Positions 23,585 through 37,995 of a stretch of DNA of 64,000 bases are shown piece by piece. The notes beneath the pieces are model-generated. The model had not been told where the DNA came from. It ran no database searches and was given only the letters and a program-made list of their open reading frames with translations. Made by a program: the position numbers and the translations under genes. The number at the start of each line of letters is the position of its first letter. Within the stretch, counting starts at the first letter, position 1. Source of the DNA: Flaccisagitta enflata (lineage: Eukaryota); NCBI GenBank assembly GCA_965153355.1, contig OZ231126.1:10044001-10108000 (forward strand), in the 5' to 3' direction.

Positions 23585-26500
23585 TCAATCATCATCCTTG
23601 AACGGATTCAAATCGTCCTCATCTTCATCATCATCGTCCGCGAAAGGATTCAGTTCATCGGCTTTGTCTTTAACTGCGTTTTTGACGCCGGTGGAAGTAG
23701 AAGCGGCGCCTGAAGAAGCGGCGCCGAGTTTCGTGGGCGTGGATGTCCTTTGCCTGGCGGGTGACGCCACTTTCGTAGGTGGCAAATTCTGGGCGGCCGG
23801 TCGATTGGAACCGACGTTTGATGACGGCGTCCCCGTCTTCGTCGTCGATCTCGCGGCATAGGATGATGATGCCGACGCCGACGCCGGTAAGCGAGAAGTC
23901 TTCTCGGCCGAGTGGCGCCCAGCTGATCCCGCAACGCCTGCCGACGACGGCGTCACCGACGCCGATTTAGGCGCGATTGGCGTGGATTGTTTTGACGAGG
24001 CTGAAGCGGCGTTGTTGATGTCGTCGTTGAGAGTGGTAGAAGCGGCTAAAGAGGACGCCGCCGATTTAACCGCGGCGGAGGAAGAGGAAGAGGAAGAAGA
24101 TGCCAAGCTGATGGATGATGATGATTGCATCGAAGAATCCGGGATAATCGTCACCTTAAATCACAATCATGAGGACAAATGGGGAGAGGACGAATTGGGG
24201 AAGGAACAATTTCAGCACAACTTGCTAAGTCGGGGAGGGAACAAACTTTATTGAGTTTCGGGACTTGACAGGAACCTGAAGGAAACTCGCCATTAAGACA
24301 ACTTAATAAAATATAAACAACATACACACGTTTAAATACACAATGGTTGTTAGGAACGTTTTGATAATTGTAGATGACATTCGCCATTTGAATCAAACCC
24401 AATAATCCGATATACACCTTGTTAAAGACGCCACGACCGAAGTAATCTGCGACGACGGAGAAGCCATCGGCCGATCTTTCCAGTTGATGGTGGAATTGCT
24501 CGTGCAAATCTCGTCCACTCCCCTGCTGATCTTGAGCTTTTATCACGTCCTGAGGCATGGAGGATCGAATGGTTGATGGGTTAAGCACGATTTGACAGTT
24601 GTTATCTAGTATATACGAGGACCCATGCACCCAGTCCTTTTTAGGTGCGCCATAGCACCTCTATAAGAGCCTCTGTCTGTTGGTTGGTCGGTCAGTTGGT
24701 CGGTCGTTTGGTCGGTCGGTAACGCTCGAGTTGAAAATCACAGAAAATGTATGAAATCTCATGGAAACTCATCTCGTTCATCATTCATGTTACTCGTTCA
24801 TTCATTCATTCATTCATAATTCATTCAATATCATTTTTCTACGGTTAGGTCTAATAGAGCTAAGGATAGATGCAGGAATTCATATTTCTGGTCATTTTAT
24901 CCATTATCATATTCATCTATGGTTAGGTGGATAGAGCTTGGGATAGGTCAGATAGAGCTCGGGATAGATCAAAGAATTATTAGCGCCCGGCGCACCGTCT
25001 TGGCCCGTGTATCCGGCCTTGTTTATTTGTTTGATGGGAATTCCGCGCTTTCTTTCACTTACAATTGATGTCTTTTCATTTCATTTTTGAACCCAGCTGC
25101 CGGACCCTGCGTAGCATACGCTTTCATTGTCCGGAAAAAACACAATTTCTTGGGCTTACATTACTCGAAAGCTATCTCCTAGTACTTCTCGATAATAACG
25201 GAAATTTGTCCAGATGTTGAACCGGTTTGAGAAGCGAGGGGCATCTATCGCACTACCTGAATTCTCCTGACTTCGGGTAAACAAGTGAGGCACTCTTGAT
25301 CGTTGTCGGCGTACGAGTCGAAGCAATGTTGATGAAAAGAATGTCCACACAGGAAATGGACAGACGGAAGGTCCAACTGATTGGGACATATCTCGCATTT
25401 CGAGACCTGCACGAGATAAAGGAATTACTTACGCTTGTTCATCGTTATCTTGCGAAGCGTGGAACAAGCCAAAAGACGTTTCAGAGCAAGTGAGCAATCC
25501 ATCAGTTAGGCCTTTCGCTTTCTACGCACCAATAGGCGCCGGGGGAAACAACAACAACAACAACAACAACAAAACAGACCTGAAAGATCTTGGCTTTAGT
25601 TTGCAGCGCCTCGATTTCCTCTTTGATCTTTTGGGTTCCATCTCTGTAAGTTCGAATTTGACGCTCGTCTTCTGCGATCTGATACGAGAGGAGAAACCAT
25701 CCTTTGGTCCTTACGTAGGGAAAAGTATAGGCTAATAAAACTGACTTGACAAATCACTCAACAACGCACAAACCTGCTCATCCTCTTGAATGAGTCTCCG
25801 AATGATGTAATCTTTTACGACGGCCAAAGTGGCCGTTGAATTGTGCGCCAGCGTTTGAATCACCTAACCAGAAAATGGAGCAAAGGATTTCATAGAATAA
25901 TTGGCAGAGCCGAGGCGCTTACTAATTCTGAGACACCAGCAATAAACATACTTGATCGGCTCGAACAGCAAATTATATAAAAGGGACAATTATTCAATCA
26001 ATCACCAGTAAAGGAGGGATAAGGTTTTTCTCGTCAATTTGATCGAGAACTTGAACAAGATGATCTTTGCAATCTTCTTCCCGCTGAGCGAAGTAAGTCA
26101 GAGCTTGAACCCAAAGGTAAGGTTCGTTCCGGAACCGTTTGCACGTCTCGATGATGTTGTCGTATTCGCTGTGGTCCATGTGGTACCGAACGATTTGCTG
26201 ATAGCGATACGAGACAGGGACAATGGAACATTTCTTAATTCACTGTTTCTCGGACAGCATTGCGTCTTCGCGTATGTCAAATCACACGCAACGAACTTAT
26301 TCATGACACTGCGGCGACCGATAGAGGTCGTTGCAGGGGTGTATATTCTTGAGTCGCTTTTGATTTTTTTCCCCCCCCTGCCTTTGATTTTCTTCCCCGC
26401 GACGCGTCGCGTTGCATTTTTATATCTATGATTTTCTTCCCCATATAGCGATGAAACTATGTAGTTAAGGTTTAAATAATGTTAAATTGTGTTTTACAAA

Positions 26501-29500
26501 TTGAGTTTTATGATTTAGTACTGTAAAAAGTTATATTTTCCCCAAATTTCCTTTTTTTCTCTTTTTTCCCCCTTTGATTTCCTTCCCCATCTCCAGACCC
26601 TTTGATTTCCCCCCTCAAGAATATACAGGCCTGGACCGTCGTTGAGAACTGCCAACTGTTTCAATGACTCCTTCGAAAACGGTGCAAAACATCTCTTCCT
26701 TCAAACCTGATAGAGATGAGCTTTCTCGTAAAGAAACAAGATTCCGACTTTGAAATTGTTCATTTGGCAGAGAATGAGAGCGTGGTCGATGTCGTACTTG
26801 GCCTGCGGCTTCTGCAGCAACTCTAAAGCGCGACGCTCTTTGTCTCGTCGCACGGGATCGTTTGTCTCGTGAACAATTTGCTACAAACGAATGATCAAAT
26901 GATATCGATAGGTTACGATGCTACAAGAAGAATAATTTGGAAGACAAGCGAGTAAGACATGATGGTGCCAAAAACGTCGCAATACGTCAATGACTGCATT
27001 GGTATCGGTTGCAACGTGTGTAATTGGGGAAAATTTTACTTCTGTTTAAATCTAGCCATAAGCCTTCATCTCCCGTGATAACTGCCGTGTTATCTTCCCC
27101 ACCTGCAAAAGTAATTCCAAGAGGGTGTTGTAAACCAATGAAGATGATTCTGGGAATACGTTGATCATGTGCTCGAGGAATTCTTCCAACTTTTCCGAGT
27201 TGTTGACGAAAATGTGGATGAATTCTTCGGGCGAGGATCGCGGAGAATCCGCATCTGGCGACCTAAGATCATATCAAACGAATCAATCAAATCAATAAAT
27301 GAAAGGCTGAGAAACTGAATAAATGGCCTTTTGAAGAAGAATCGAGGAGAACCCTATTATATCGTCAAAGATATATGACAGTAGATGACAATTTATTGGG
27401 CGGTTTGATACATACATCAATGAAATAAAATATTGATAACGCTGCTTAAAAGTTGAAACACGCTGCTTCGGAATACTCAGTACTCACCCTTCGCCGGCTG
27501 GTTTATAACCGGTGCATAGTTGCTTCAGGAAAGAAGTAGTTTGATCGGGCAAAGAACTGATCAACAATTTCCCGTACATCTTCATATTAGACTCGGCCTC
27601 TCGAAAATCCAGTCCAGCGATGTAAGACAAGGCCTAAGAAGACATTATGTTTCTTTGTCAAATCGCAACTAAGTAGCGCGATTCGATGAAAGAAAAACGC
27701 CACAGTCCATTTTATAACCAAGACACAATCACGTTTTCCTCTACTTTCAGTGTAAAAACAAAACCACGCAAGCTTATAACTAACGAACATGCGCCTACCT
27801 TTTGATAATCTAAAACGTCTTCCAGTTGGATCCTGAGATACCATTCGTGTTTCTGATGCTTTTCAGCGAGGACCAGAGCGTGCTTAAAGTACGAAGCTTG
27901 CCTACAGACCTGAGGGAAGAAAGAAAAGAAGCGATGAGTGGAAAATTCTTGAAAAAGAGCTAATTTGCATATTGCAGTCAGATGCACTTCATACCCGAAT
28001 GGCGGTTTCGACGTCGAAATCCACGTCTCGATCGATGAATTTGTCCAATTGATTGACGTCTTTGAGTTTGGTGTAACAATTGAGAAGAAGCGTGGTATGA
28101 TCAGAGTCCGCCAATCGCTCTTTGTGCAGCGCCTGTAATCAATTTTAAATGAAGGATTGAAATGTTGCGTGGAATAATTATTCCGCGCTAGATTTAACGA
28201 AACCGAAATCTGTCGAATCGTTTGTTTTTCATCATTCCGTGCTCGGGCTAGCAGGAAGTCAATCCAGCCAGTCTTGGCCGACTGTCAGGCAGAGAACATT
28301 AGGCATATGACTAAATTTCTCGACGATAATTAACGACAGAACAAAAAAGGGGGGGAGGGAAGAGAAGGCCGAAGGTGCGGCATAGAATAATGAAAAGAAG
28401 AGAAGCTAAAGACTCTTCAAGAAATACCGAGTACGTCAAACCACCTGCAAATATGCGGTAAGATTGTGAATTCTTTGAGCGTCGAGAAACTTTCTGATGA
28501 CGTAAGAGGGTTCCAAAGTGCCGATAGTCTTCATATATTGCACGATGGCTCCTTCGTAGTCACGTTTGGCGTAAAGGTGGTCACCGTATTGTCTAAAAAG
28601 AAGTGAGATGGTAATTTTCATTATCAGTTAAAATGTGGCAGCGAGAAACTCGGGTATCGATTTTACCAAGACATTTGCATGAATCTCATTTGCATATTGC
28701 AGTAGCCAGTAGGTCGTTAGGTTCTTTTGACATTGACATCTGGAGAAAAGCCTCGACTGAAGGTATGATCTCAAGTTTCATCATACGCGTTTTCATCTCG
28801 TGTTACAGCCACGGCAGCAATCTCTCCCGCTACAGAAAGAAAACCATCCATTAAAGTAATGAACATATGCATGCACATTCTTTAACGCAGGACACACGCT
28901 AATGATTACTCTTGATCTCCCGAGCAACTCACGTAAAGATGTCTATCAATCCATCTGGGTCGTATTGTTGACTCTTGGCCAGGTTGATGGCCAGATCGAA
29001 CATGCTCTTCTTGAAGAGATCTTTCAGCTTGGCTTGCATATCTTTCTCGTGGAGGATAAATACTTTGCGTTCTTCCTTGACGGCGCCGGTGATGACGTAA
29101 AGGACGCCCCACTCGCACAAAACGTCCACAATCGGCGGGAATGGTTGCAACGAGTGATAAGCGATGAATTTGTTGTGAATGTCGTAGACCGTTAAACGAT
29201 CTTGCGCGGCGGATTTGCTGCCAACCGGGGATATGCCTCTGGTGAAACGAGAGAGAGAAGGGACAAGTTAGAAGGTGGCGCTGAGAGGCAGGAGAGATAA
29301 GCAGAATTTATGAATTTTAGAAAAAGATCGAAAAAGAGATATCCCAAACCTGAATCGGACAATTGAAAATGACGAATGATGAAATGAACAAGATAAAATG
29401 CACTTGACAAATGAACTGGAAAAATGAAGCTAACCTGGAAACTGCTGGTTTGTTGTCCTTAGTGACAACAACCAGATATCCCCGACACCAATACACTGCG

Positions 29501-31733
29501 ATCTTCTCTCCCTCGAAAGCCAAGCAAGGACCGCGACCATCAGGCTGGTAGAAATACACCGCATCTTGCCTGGAAAAGAGCTTATGTGTAAATCGTATTC
29601 TTGCAAAATATATGTTTAATGAGCTTCATCTACGCAACGAGTGTTCTTAAGTTTCTCCTATGCCTAGCGTTCTAGATACATATCACCAGCATTGTTTTCC
29701 CTCCTTTTTCCACATCGTGATAATGAACTCATTCTTCAAGTTCTAGACTTAACCTTGGGGGCTGATTTAAGCTTGATAGTCCCCGGGACTGACCTCGCAA
29801 TGACGAATTGATTCTCCAAGACTGCGTCGGTGATGGCGGCGCACTTGGGTTTGCAACCGTGTTCGTCGAGGATCTCTTTATGCGGTTTGTCGCCTCCTTT
29901 GTTGCTCAACGTGAAGGAGAGAACGTGATGACGCGTGGAAACGAAAACAACCAACTGAAGCGCGGTCTGCTTGAAGCCGAGTCCAGTCACGGGATCGGGA
30001 CCCTCGTATATGATCTGAGAGGAAAATAAGTAAATCAGGATAAATGTGATAATGGAAGCAAAAACGACCAACTGAAGCGCGGTCTGCTTGAAGCCGAGTC
30101 TAGTCACAGGATTGGGACCCTCAAAGATCTGAGAGGAAAATAAGTACAGGAGAAATGTGATGACAAGTGAAAGCGAAGGTAACCAATTGAATCGCGGTGT
30201 GCCTGAAGTCGAGTCCAGTCACAAGATCGGGACCCTCATAGATGATCTGAGAGGAAAATAAGTCATCCAGATAAATGTGATGACACGTGGAAGCAAAGAC
30301 AACCAACTGAAGCGCTGTCTGCTTGAAGGCGAGTCCAGTCACAGGATAGGGACCCTCGTAAACAAGAACAAAATGTGATGTCAGATCAGATAAACAGTGA
30401 TGAGGCGTGGAATCAAAGACGAGCCGGGATCTCCTGCTAATCAGGATGTCAAATAAACTTTTTGTACACTGCAAATAAACTTTTTGTATACTGCAGAGTT
30501 CATTGCAATTCAGTCCAGGGGTGTATATAATTCCATAACCTTTGATTATTTTCCCCCCCTGCCTTTGATTTTCTTCCCCGCGACGTATCGCGTCGCGTTA
30601 CCAAATCAATGCTTTTCTTCCCCATAAACCACTAAAACTAGGTGTTTAAGGTTTAAATAGTGTTGAATTGTGTTTAACTTATCATGTCTTATGATTTTTT
30701 ACTGCCACAAGTTATATTTTCCCCAAGTTTTCTTTTTTTTCTCTTTTTTCCTCCTTCCTTTTCCTTCCCTTTCTCCAAACCCTTTGATTATTTTCCCCCC
30801 CACGGGGGGGGGGGGGGGATACGGAACAATATACAGGCCTGATTCAGTCTGCAAGAAGCTTAACATTATCTTAAGACGTTTGTGGACCGTCTGTTATAGT
30901 TATGCCTCTGTCTAACCTTGGGTTTCGAGTGTCGATCTTTGGTGACGTCTCCTCTGAATAACACGATGGTTCCATCCTGAAATCCAAGCACCATGTGTTG
31001 CAAACCCTCGTGCACCGCGACGCACGTGACTTGCACCACGTTCTCTGCGGCGCCTCTGCCAGGGATGGACGCGCGTGAGATACGCGTGCATGTCGGGAAA
31101 CCGGAAGTCTTGTCGGGCTTGTCGAGATCCCAGACTTTGATGAGCGGCGTCGTGGATTCAACGACGCCGGCGGAAGCTCCGAGTTCGGCATTCGGGTCGC
31201 CATCGACGCCGATTGTGACTGAGGCGAAGGAACATCAAAAATCACATTACTCATGAACTGTTGTGGTTTTGAAAATCCATACAAGTCAGTCAGACAACCA
31301 GCCATACAACCAAGTCTTCCATAGAGATAGATTGCATATTCCAAACCCAAGTTCCCATTTGTATTAACTGTGTGTTGATTAAAGGTGTCTTTTTCACTCA
31401 ATATTGCAATAATGCAATATTCAAGGGGCAGAACTTCAGCATTCTTCGGCATCTGTTAAAGCCCCACGCCCCACCAAATCAACCTAGAATGGATTGCTGC
31501 TTGGCGGCGGCGATGTGCGTGACTTTGTTGGAGTAAGCTGAGAAAGTTTTGGCTTCGAGAGTCCTGGAGACGAGTGTGACGCCGCCTTCCGCGTCGCCGA
31601 AAATCAGCTGAGCCTGACCCGATGTGCAGCAGGTCAGGTCCAAGTCTCTTAACAGTTCCCAAGGAGAACCAGAGGGACCCTTCAACACTTCTTGATTGAA
31701 GAAAGTGCATTTTCTCCACTGTGTCACCGCCAT
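23585..31733 (-). CDS. VPS11: Vacuolar protein sorting 11 (HOPS/CORVET subunit), multi-exon
   Basis: MAVTQWRKCTFF start, DGRGPCLAFEG, QYGDHLY, LEPSYVIRKFLDAQRIHNLT, RING CEIC...SVHFLCGHSFHQHC and FSVVADYFGRGVF. Confidence 0.95.
26334..26633. mobile_element. hAT-like MITE (same family as 30516-30841)
   Basis: CAGGGGTGTATATTCTTGAG ... CTCAAGAATATACAGGCCTG termini, with internal similarity to the 30516 copy; no clean TSD. Confidence 0.6.
29930..30365 (-). repeat. ~116-bp tandem repeat of a VPS11 splice acceptor plus exon 5' part
   Basis: Four copies encoding variants of IYEGPDPVTGLGFKQTALQLVVF. Confidence 0.88.
30516..30841. mobile_element. hAT-like MITE
   Basis: CAGG...CCTG imperfect TIRs; 8-bp TSD ATTCAGTC at 30508-30515 and 30842-30849. 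Confidence 0.78.
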
Positions 31734-31738
31734 TGTTT

Positions 31739-31911
<173 letters not shown>

Positions 31912-32159
31912 TAACAAGAAGACCTCTCTCTTTTATCAAAGTTGCACTTCCGTTTTTTAGCGTTAGGCATCTGGTTTATCAAAAATAAACAAACATCAAC
32001 ATCCATGTTTAGGCTGACAAATATTCAACGTAGAAGCTCAGCAAAAACTAAAAGGCACGCCTGCGCTTAGTTGGTTTTGTTTTGTAAGTCTGGAGTGGGA
32101 TTCAGGAGATCCGAAAAACACATGAGTAAAATCCGACGAACCAATCACAGTTAAAAAGT

Positions 32160-35100
32160 TTATTTGGTCTTAATCCCTCCAAATACGAGCCCGTAGTGGA
32201 AAGTGGAACCGGGATTGTTTGGCGCGTTATCCAACGACGACCGATTCGATTCCACTTCCGCTTCCGACCATTTTCTGCCGCTTAAAACCACCACCATCAT
32301 CGCTTTCGAAGGAAGACTAGAGTAAATCTGAGCAAAGAATGACGAAAGAATTGGACGAAATTTAATGATCTGTGCCCCGCTGATGAGTGGAAGTCATAGG
32401 GGAAGTAGAGGTGCAGGTGAAATAAGAGTGACCCCTGACATGAGCCATAGCGAGGCAAAACAATGTTTCTGTTCTTTGAATTCAAAAGGTCGTTTAAACG
32501 ATCAAAACCGCAATCACAATAAAATGGATATTAGATCTTTTAGTCGCGTGCACGCGACTCGACCACTTGGTCTGTCAGTCGGTATGTCTTTTGGTCCGTC
32601 CCTCCGTTACCTTTTTAAATTTTTAATGTTTTTTAACGTCTTTTTAACATTTTTTAACATTTACTAACATTTCCTAATATTCTTTAACATTTTTTATCAT
32701 TTAAACTTTTTAAACATTTTTGAATTTACTTAACATCTTTGACGTTTTTCAACATTTTTTAACATTCTTAACGTGTTTTTACTCTTTCGTTTGTCATTTC
32801 CAGAGGCACCCAACTGTTGCCCTCTTGAGCTTGTTTTTTTGACGTGCCACTGTCATTCTGAAGTGCACAAGAATTTGAACCTACCTTTCGCAATCTTCGA
32901 TCCAACTTTGTCAACGCTTGTCTTTTCTTCTCCGCTTCCGCGTCGACGAAATTCCGACATCGATGCAACTGCGTGCAAACGAAGAAGTGTTCAGGAATCA
33001 GCTTCACCGCCTCTCGCACGATTAACTTGTCCGTCGGCGCGGATCGAGCCGTTGCAGTTACGGACGCCGTTTCCGGCGATGAAGCCGATTTGGATACTTT
33101 GTCCATCGACGCCGTCGTCGATGTCTCTTTCTTTATCAACGACGCCGCCTGCAACGCCTCTTCGTGATCGACAACAACGCCGCTTCGTTGACGTTGAATG
33201 CGCAGTTGATCAAACACATTTCGGAAACAGAGTCGTTGCTTGGTCGCCGAACGCTGCAAAAATGCGTCGCGAAGCGGAATGTGGACAGTTTTGTTGGCGG
33301 CAGTATCGGTAGGAATGGAGGAAACGATGGAAGGAATGGAGGAAGCGTCCGCGTTGGAGTTGGAAGTGCCGTTTTCCAGCAAAGATTTCCCATTAGCATC
33401 AACGCCATCGACATGCGTTTTCTCTTGCGATTCCTCAATCTCCATCTCTTCCTCATTCTCCTCCTCGTTTCCGCTCTTCCTCTTCTCCTCCCTCTCCTCT
33501 TCTCGCCTTTTCTTCTGCTTGATAGCGACACCTTCGTACCAAGTCACAAAGTCGGGAAGACCTCTGGGCCATTTGCCTTCGTTTTCGACGTCGTTGAAAT
33601 CGGCGAATCCGCGTCCGTTTCTCAGTTTCAACAGCGCCAACAACATCGTGGCTTTGGCGTCCTCCAGCGGGTCGTGGCCGTGGCCCTTGCGGCACTGATT
33701 AAACTCTTGGATCTTACGGCCGAGGAGGATGTAGGCGAGATCTCTGAGTTTGGACTTGTGGCCTCGATAACCGCGTAAGTTGAAGATGACGGAAGTGTCG
33801 ATGACGTAAGGATGGATGAGACGCATCGCGGTCAAATCGCCGCTTAAAGAATGACCGACTAAAATGGCGTCGCGTGGAAGAAGTTGACGCAGCTTCCTGG
33901 AGGAGGGGAGGAAGAGGATGGAGAATGTATAATGAGAAAGGAGAGGCATTAGGGGAAGAGGGAGGGGAAGGAGGAGAGAAGGAGTAACAGGGGGATCCAG
34001 TTTAAACGGTGTTCCTGACCAACAATAACAATCTCATCCGGGACTGTGAGAGTTGGGTGCTTCGCATAGCAAAAGTTGGTTATTTCTTTACCTAATGTGG
34101 AGTGACCAATTTTAGGACCCTTACCATTTTTGTTTTATCAAAAATCGTTCATCTTCCGTTTTTTAGAAAATTGCTTTTGGGGACCTAATTTGCATAATGC
34201 AGTGGGATAAAACAATATGCTGACATTGTTTAAATCAGCTTTGATAATTTTTTACTCTTCACAGAATTGCAATTCTGCCTTTTCATTCGCTCTTTCATAA
34301 CTTATGTTCTGATATTTTAATTTATTTTTTCATACATTATGATTTTTTAAAATAAATAATTGTCCTTTGTAACAAAACTACACAGGATTTTGCTGAATTC
34401 TGGGAAATCAGTGGAAACTTTAAGGCCAAAACAAAAACGGAAGATCAAGGAATTTTGAAGAAAGGAAAATGATCATCTTCATGATTTTTACTCCTCCACA
34501 TTACCTAAGTAGGGTGAAGGGATACTCCCAACTTTTGCTATGTGAAGCACCCAACTGTGAGAGACATACATTTGAACTTGTTTGACGGTCAAGACGCCGG
34601 GATTGGCCATGTCTCTGGCCGTGACGCCGCTGTACTGCGTTAAGTAATTGGTTATCTTCGCCTCTGGTTTGACGTGGGAATTGAAGACGCAGCGAAGCTT
34701 CTCGTCGACCACGGCCACGTGCGTCAATTCGAGGATGTTCCGGTTGGTCAAGCACATCTCGCAATCGACGGCGAACAACGGAGACGAAGACGTCACAGCT
34801 GAGTGATTAAAATGGGTTAATCGGAGATCGAATAAGTTACTAAGGTCATCAGAATAATATCCTCGATAAGAAGATTGGAGCAAATGGACAGGCGGAGAGT
34901 ACGGATGGAATGATGTGCATTACATTAGTGGTGAAGACCTAGTGAGATTTGATAATCAAGCGTCTTACTGACGACCGCGTTAGATAACATGTAAGATAGA
35001 GGCCAGTTCACAGAGAGGCCCCATCAAGTCGTAGGGATTACTGAGTGGATCAGGTCTTCTCGCCACCAGGTGAGTTCATGTCCATTCGATTATTTTAAGG

Positions 35101-37225
35101 AGTCTAGATATTTCACCTGCGTCAATTACCATTTGTGCGATTGTGGGCGGCAGTTTCCTGTAGGAATTGATTGTGATATTCTGTAATCATATTTCATCGT
35201 TCATTAATCATCAAGCATGCTAATAATCACCTTACCATTTCCTTTTGTATTTACACTAACATCATAGATTATCATTAAGCATATTCTATCCTTTCCTAGA
35301 TTTTAGTCACCTCAGTAACTAACGGTTCTTTGTGGTAACTCATAATAACAGTCACATTTCCATTGGGTATGGTCTATGCATGGCCGCCTATTTTAACTCA
35401 CTAATCGCACGTTATCCCGCACATCATTTGCCTCTGTAGGTATACTGATTACTAACCCGCATGAAATTCTATTTGGGCTAAACCTTATTGACAATCAATG
35501 GCCCACCGGTGACTGGATATGCCATCCATTGTGCGCACATAAGTGGTATTCTTGCGGGAATCTACCGCTTATACAATGTCATCCCTTTAAACGTAATGCA
35601 ATCATCCCAGTGAGCAAAAAGATATTAGAATTGAACTATTCATATAAGCCTTTTTGCTTTGTCTTAGGAAGTTTCTTTAATCCTACAAGTGAAGAAACAT
35701 TTGACGCTAAGTATAAATCTTTTCTTGTTGATGAACATTCATCGACTTACACAAGACTTAAAACTGCAATATGCAAATGAGATAACATCGCAGAAGATAG
35801 AATCGCCTGCGCCTCCGCAGATTTTATCAAATCTATACACCACCCATTGACGGAAAACATTCTTTCTGTCCCTCTATTCTGCCCTCCCTGTTTTCGCCTT
35901 CCCTCTTTCCCCCCCCCCCCCTTTTACTACTTTGCCCCAGGGCCAACATTCTGGGCCGCCCGTGTACCGCGTAGCATTACTACCACGCTACACATAATCG
36001 GCCTCTCCAAAACGTATGATCGCAGATGAAAACTTAAGTACTAACCGCCGTAAGATTCAAATAGAGGCACAAACTCTTCGGGATAGTCCGTGGGCAGAGT
36101 GTAAGGCAGAGGCAGATTCTCTCTGGCCATTTCCGGTTCGGTCAACAGCAAATCCTTTCTCGGAGTCACGTCCACGTGAAGATCCACGTCGACCCACGTC
36201 ACCACGCCATCGGAAGTCAACAAATCGCGGACGAGACTGTCGGCGGAGGGAGGAGCCGTTACGGGAGATGATGCCGCAGCGGCCAATTCTCCTCTTCCTC
36301 GTACTTCAGCCGCGGCTTGACGCTTTAATTCGTCGAGATTCTGGAGGAAATTTGTCGCTTGCAACTGCTTTAGAGTCGGTTCATTGTTATTGTTACTAGC
36401 TTTATCACCGCCGCCCAATTTATCAAAATGATCCAACACTTTAATTTCCGACAGACTAAATGGAATATTAAAGAGTTCTTCTAAAAACGACGTTCCTTGG
36501 ACTTCCGGCGGCAGCAACCTGGCGGGCAGTTCGGGCATCATACATTGGAGATGCGGTAAACAGTCGACGTGCTCGTCCCATTCCTTTTCGGAGACGCCGT
36601 CGACGACGACCAAAGCCACTTTGGAGACAAACTTGAAGCGCAGCAAATTGCACCATCGTGGAACGTAATGGCCGCCCAACAGGCCGCGCAACAGCAGCTC
36701 TTGGACGTCGAAGGGGAAGAGGAACGGCTCGCCGTCGACGGTGGATCGTGATCGAGAGGATACGGCGGCGGATTCAACAAACACCGACTTGAGATGCTCG
36801 ACGTCTTCAAAAGCGACCGCGGCGCCACGGACGCCGTCGGAGAGGAGTTTGGCGGCGGCGTTGGCGGCGGAAGACGAAGCCGCGGCCTTGAGTTTGTCCA
36901 ATTGGAAGAAGAGTTTCGGAGTCTGTTGAGCTTCCTTTTGTTTGGCTTTGATTCTTTCTCGGATGGCCGCTAATTCTTCCGGGGAACAAAGACGATGAAG
37001 AGGATCGTCGGGAGGAGGCGTTGAAGAAGAGGAGGAGGAGGTAGTTGCTCCTGCTTTTTGTCCGTTCTCTACACCTGAAACTCCGTTATGGCGATTGAGA
37101 ATAGTTTGAAGAGGAGGTGCGCCGTTAGAAAACTTAGTGTCGCCGCCGGTTTTCGTCTTAGTCTTCTTTTTGTTTTTCTTCTTTATTTGTTTGGAGTTTG
37201 CTGACACAGCCATCTTACAGATCAT
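32160..37225 (-). CDS. DEDDh RNA exonuclease, REXO5/REX1-like, 4 exons
   Basis: FAVDCEMCLT, NYLTQYSG, ILVGHSLSGDL, HPYVIDTS and GHDPLEDA. Exons are ~37225-36048, ~34796-34572, ~33896-32885 and 32327-32160. Confidence 0.85.
34050..34560. mobile_element. MITE with ~30-bp TIR in a REXO intron
   Basis: AGTTGGGTGCTTCGCATAGCAAAAGTTGG is inverted at 34528-34558. Confidence 0.65.
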
Positions 37226-37995
37226 ATATGGTCAATAAACGTAGATATGAAAATTCCACTCTCGCCCCTTCCACCCCGAATCAAAACCGCGGGGGTCAAT
37301 AGATCAATCTGTATCAATCACGCGTACATAACAAATCAGTCAATCAAATCAATAACAACGGCGAGAGAGAGAGTGAAAGAAAAGGGAAATGGATAAACAA
37401 ACATGACGGAATGGATCTTTTTATCATATACAGAGCATAAGAAATGGTGGCTAGAGCGCATAAGTCAGCGATCTATCAACCCCCCCCCCCCCCCGCAATT
37501 TAGTGGGAATTGTAAAACGAGACAAGTCTTCTCTCTTTTGCATCCGAATGGGTGAATTGGCATGAATAATAATAACGGCTTTTTTTTCGGAGAGAGAGAG
37601 AGAAACGATGGAAATCAAGGATCAGCGGACTAACAAACAGACCTATAGATCGTAAATCAACTGACATTGGCACCCAGAATTGACCCGGAATACTAAGACT
37701 TAATCATTTCAATGTTTGAAAACTAAAATCCGCTCGGGATGTGGATGAAGATAATGACGCATCGATGATAACAATAACAAGGTTGGTGATGATGGTGATG
37801 ATGAGAAGGATGATGATGATGATGATGATGATTAAGGTGATGACAATGGATGACATGGGGGGAGTATCCGATCGGAGATGATGCAAGTAGGAAACCCCGG
37901 CGGATGGAATCGAGTAGAAAGGTGATCAGGATTGAGATACTCCTCATCGTCGACGTCAGTCGACGACGGGATCGAGTTACACCGCATCATCAACA

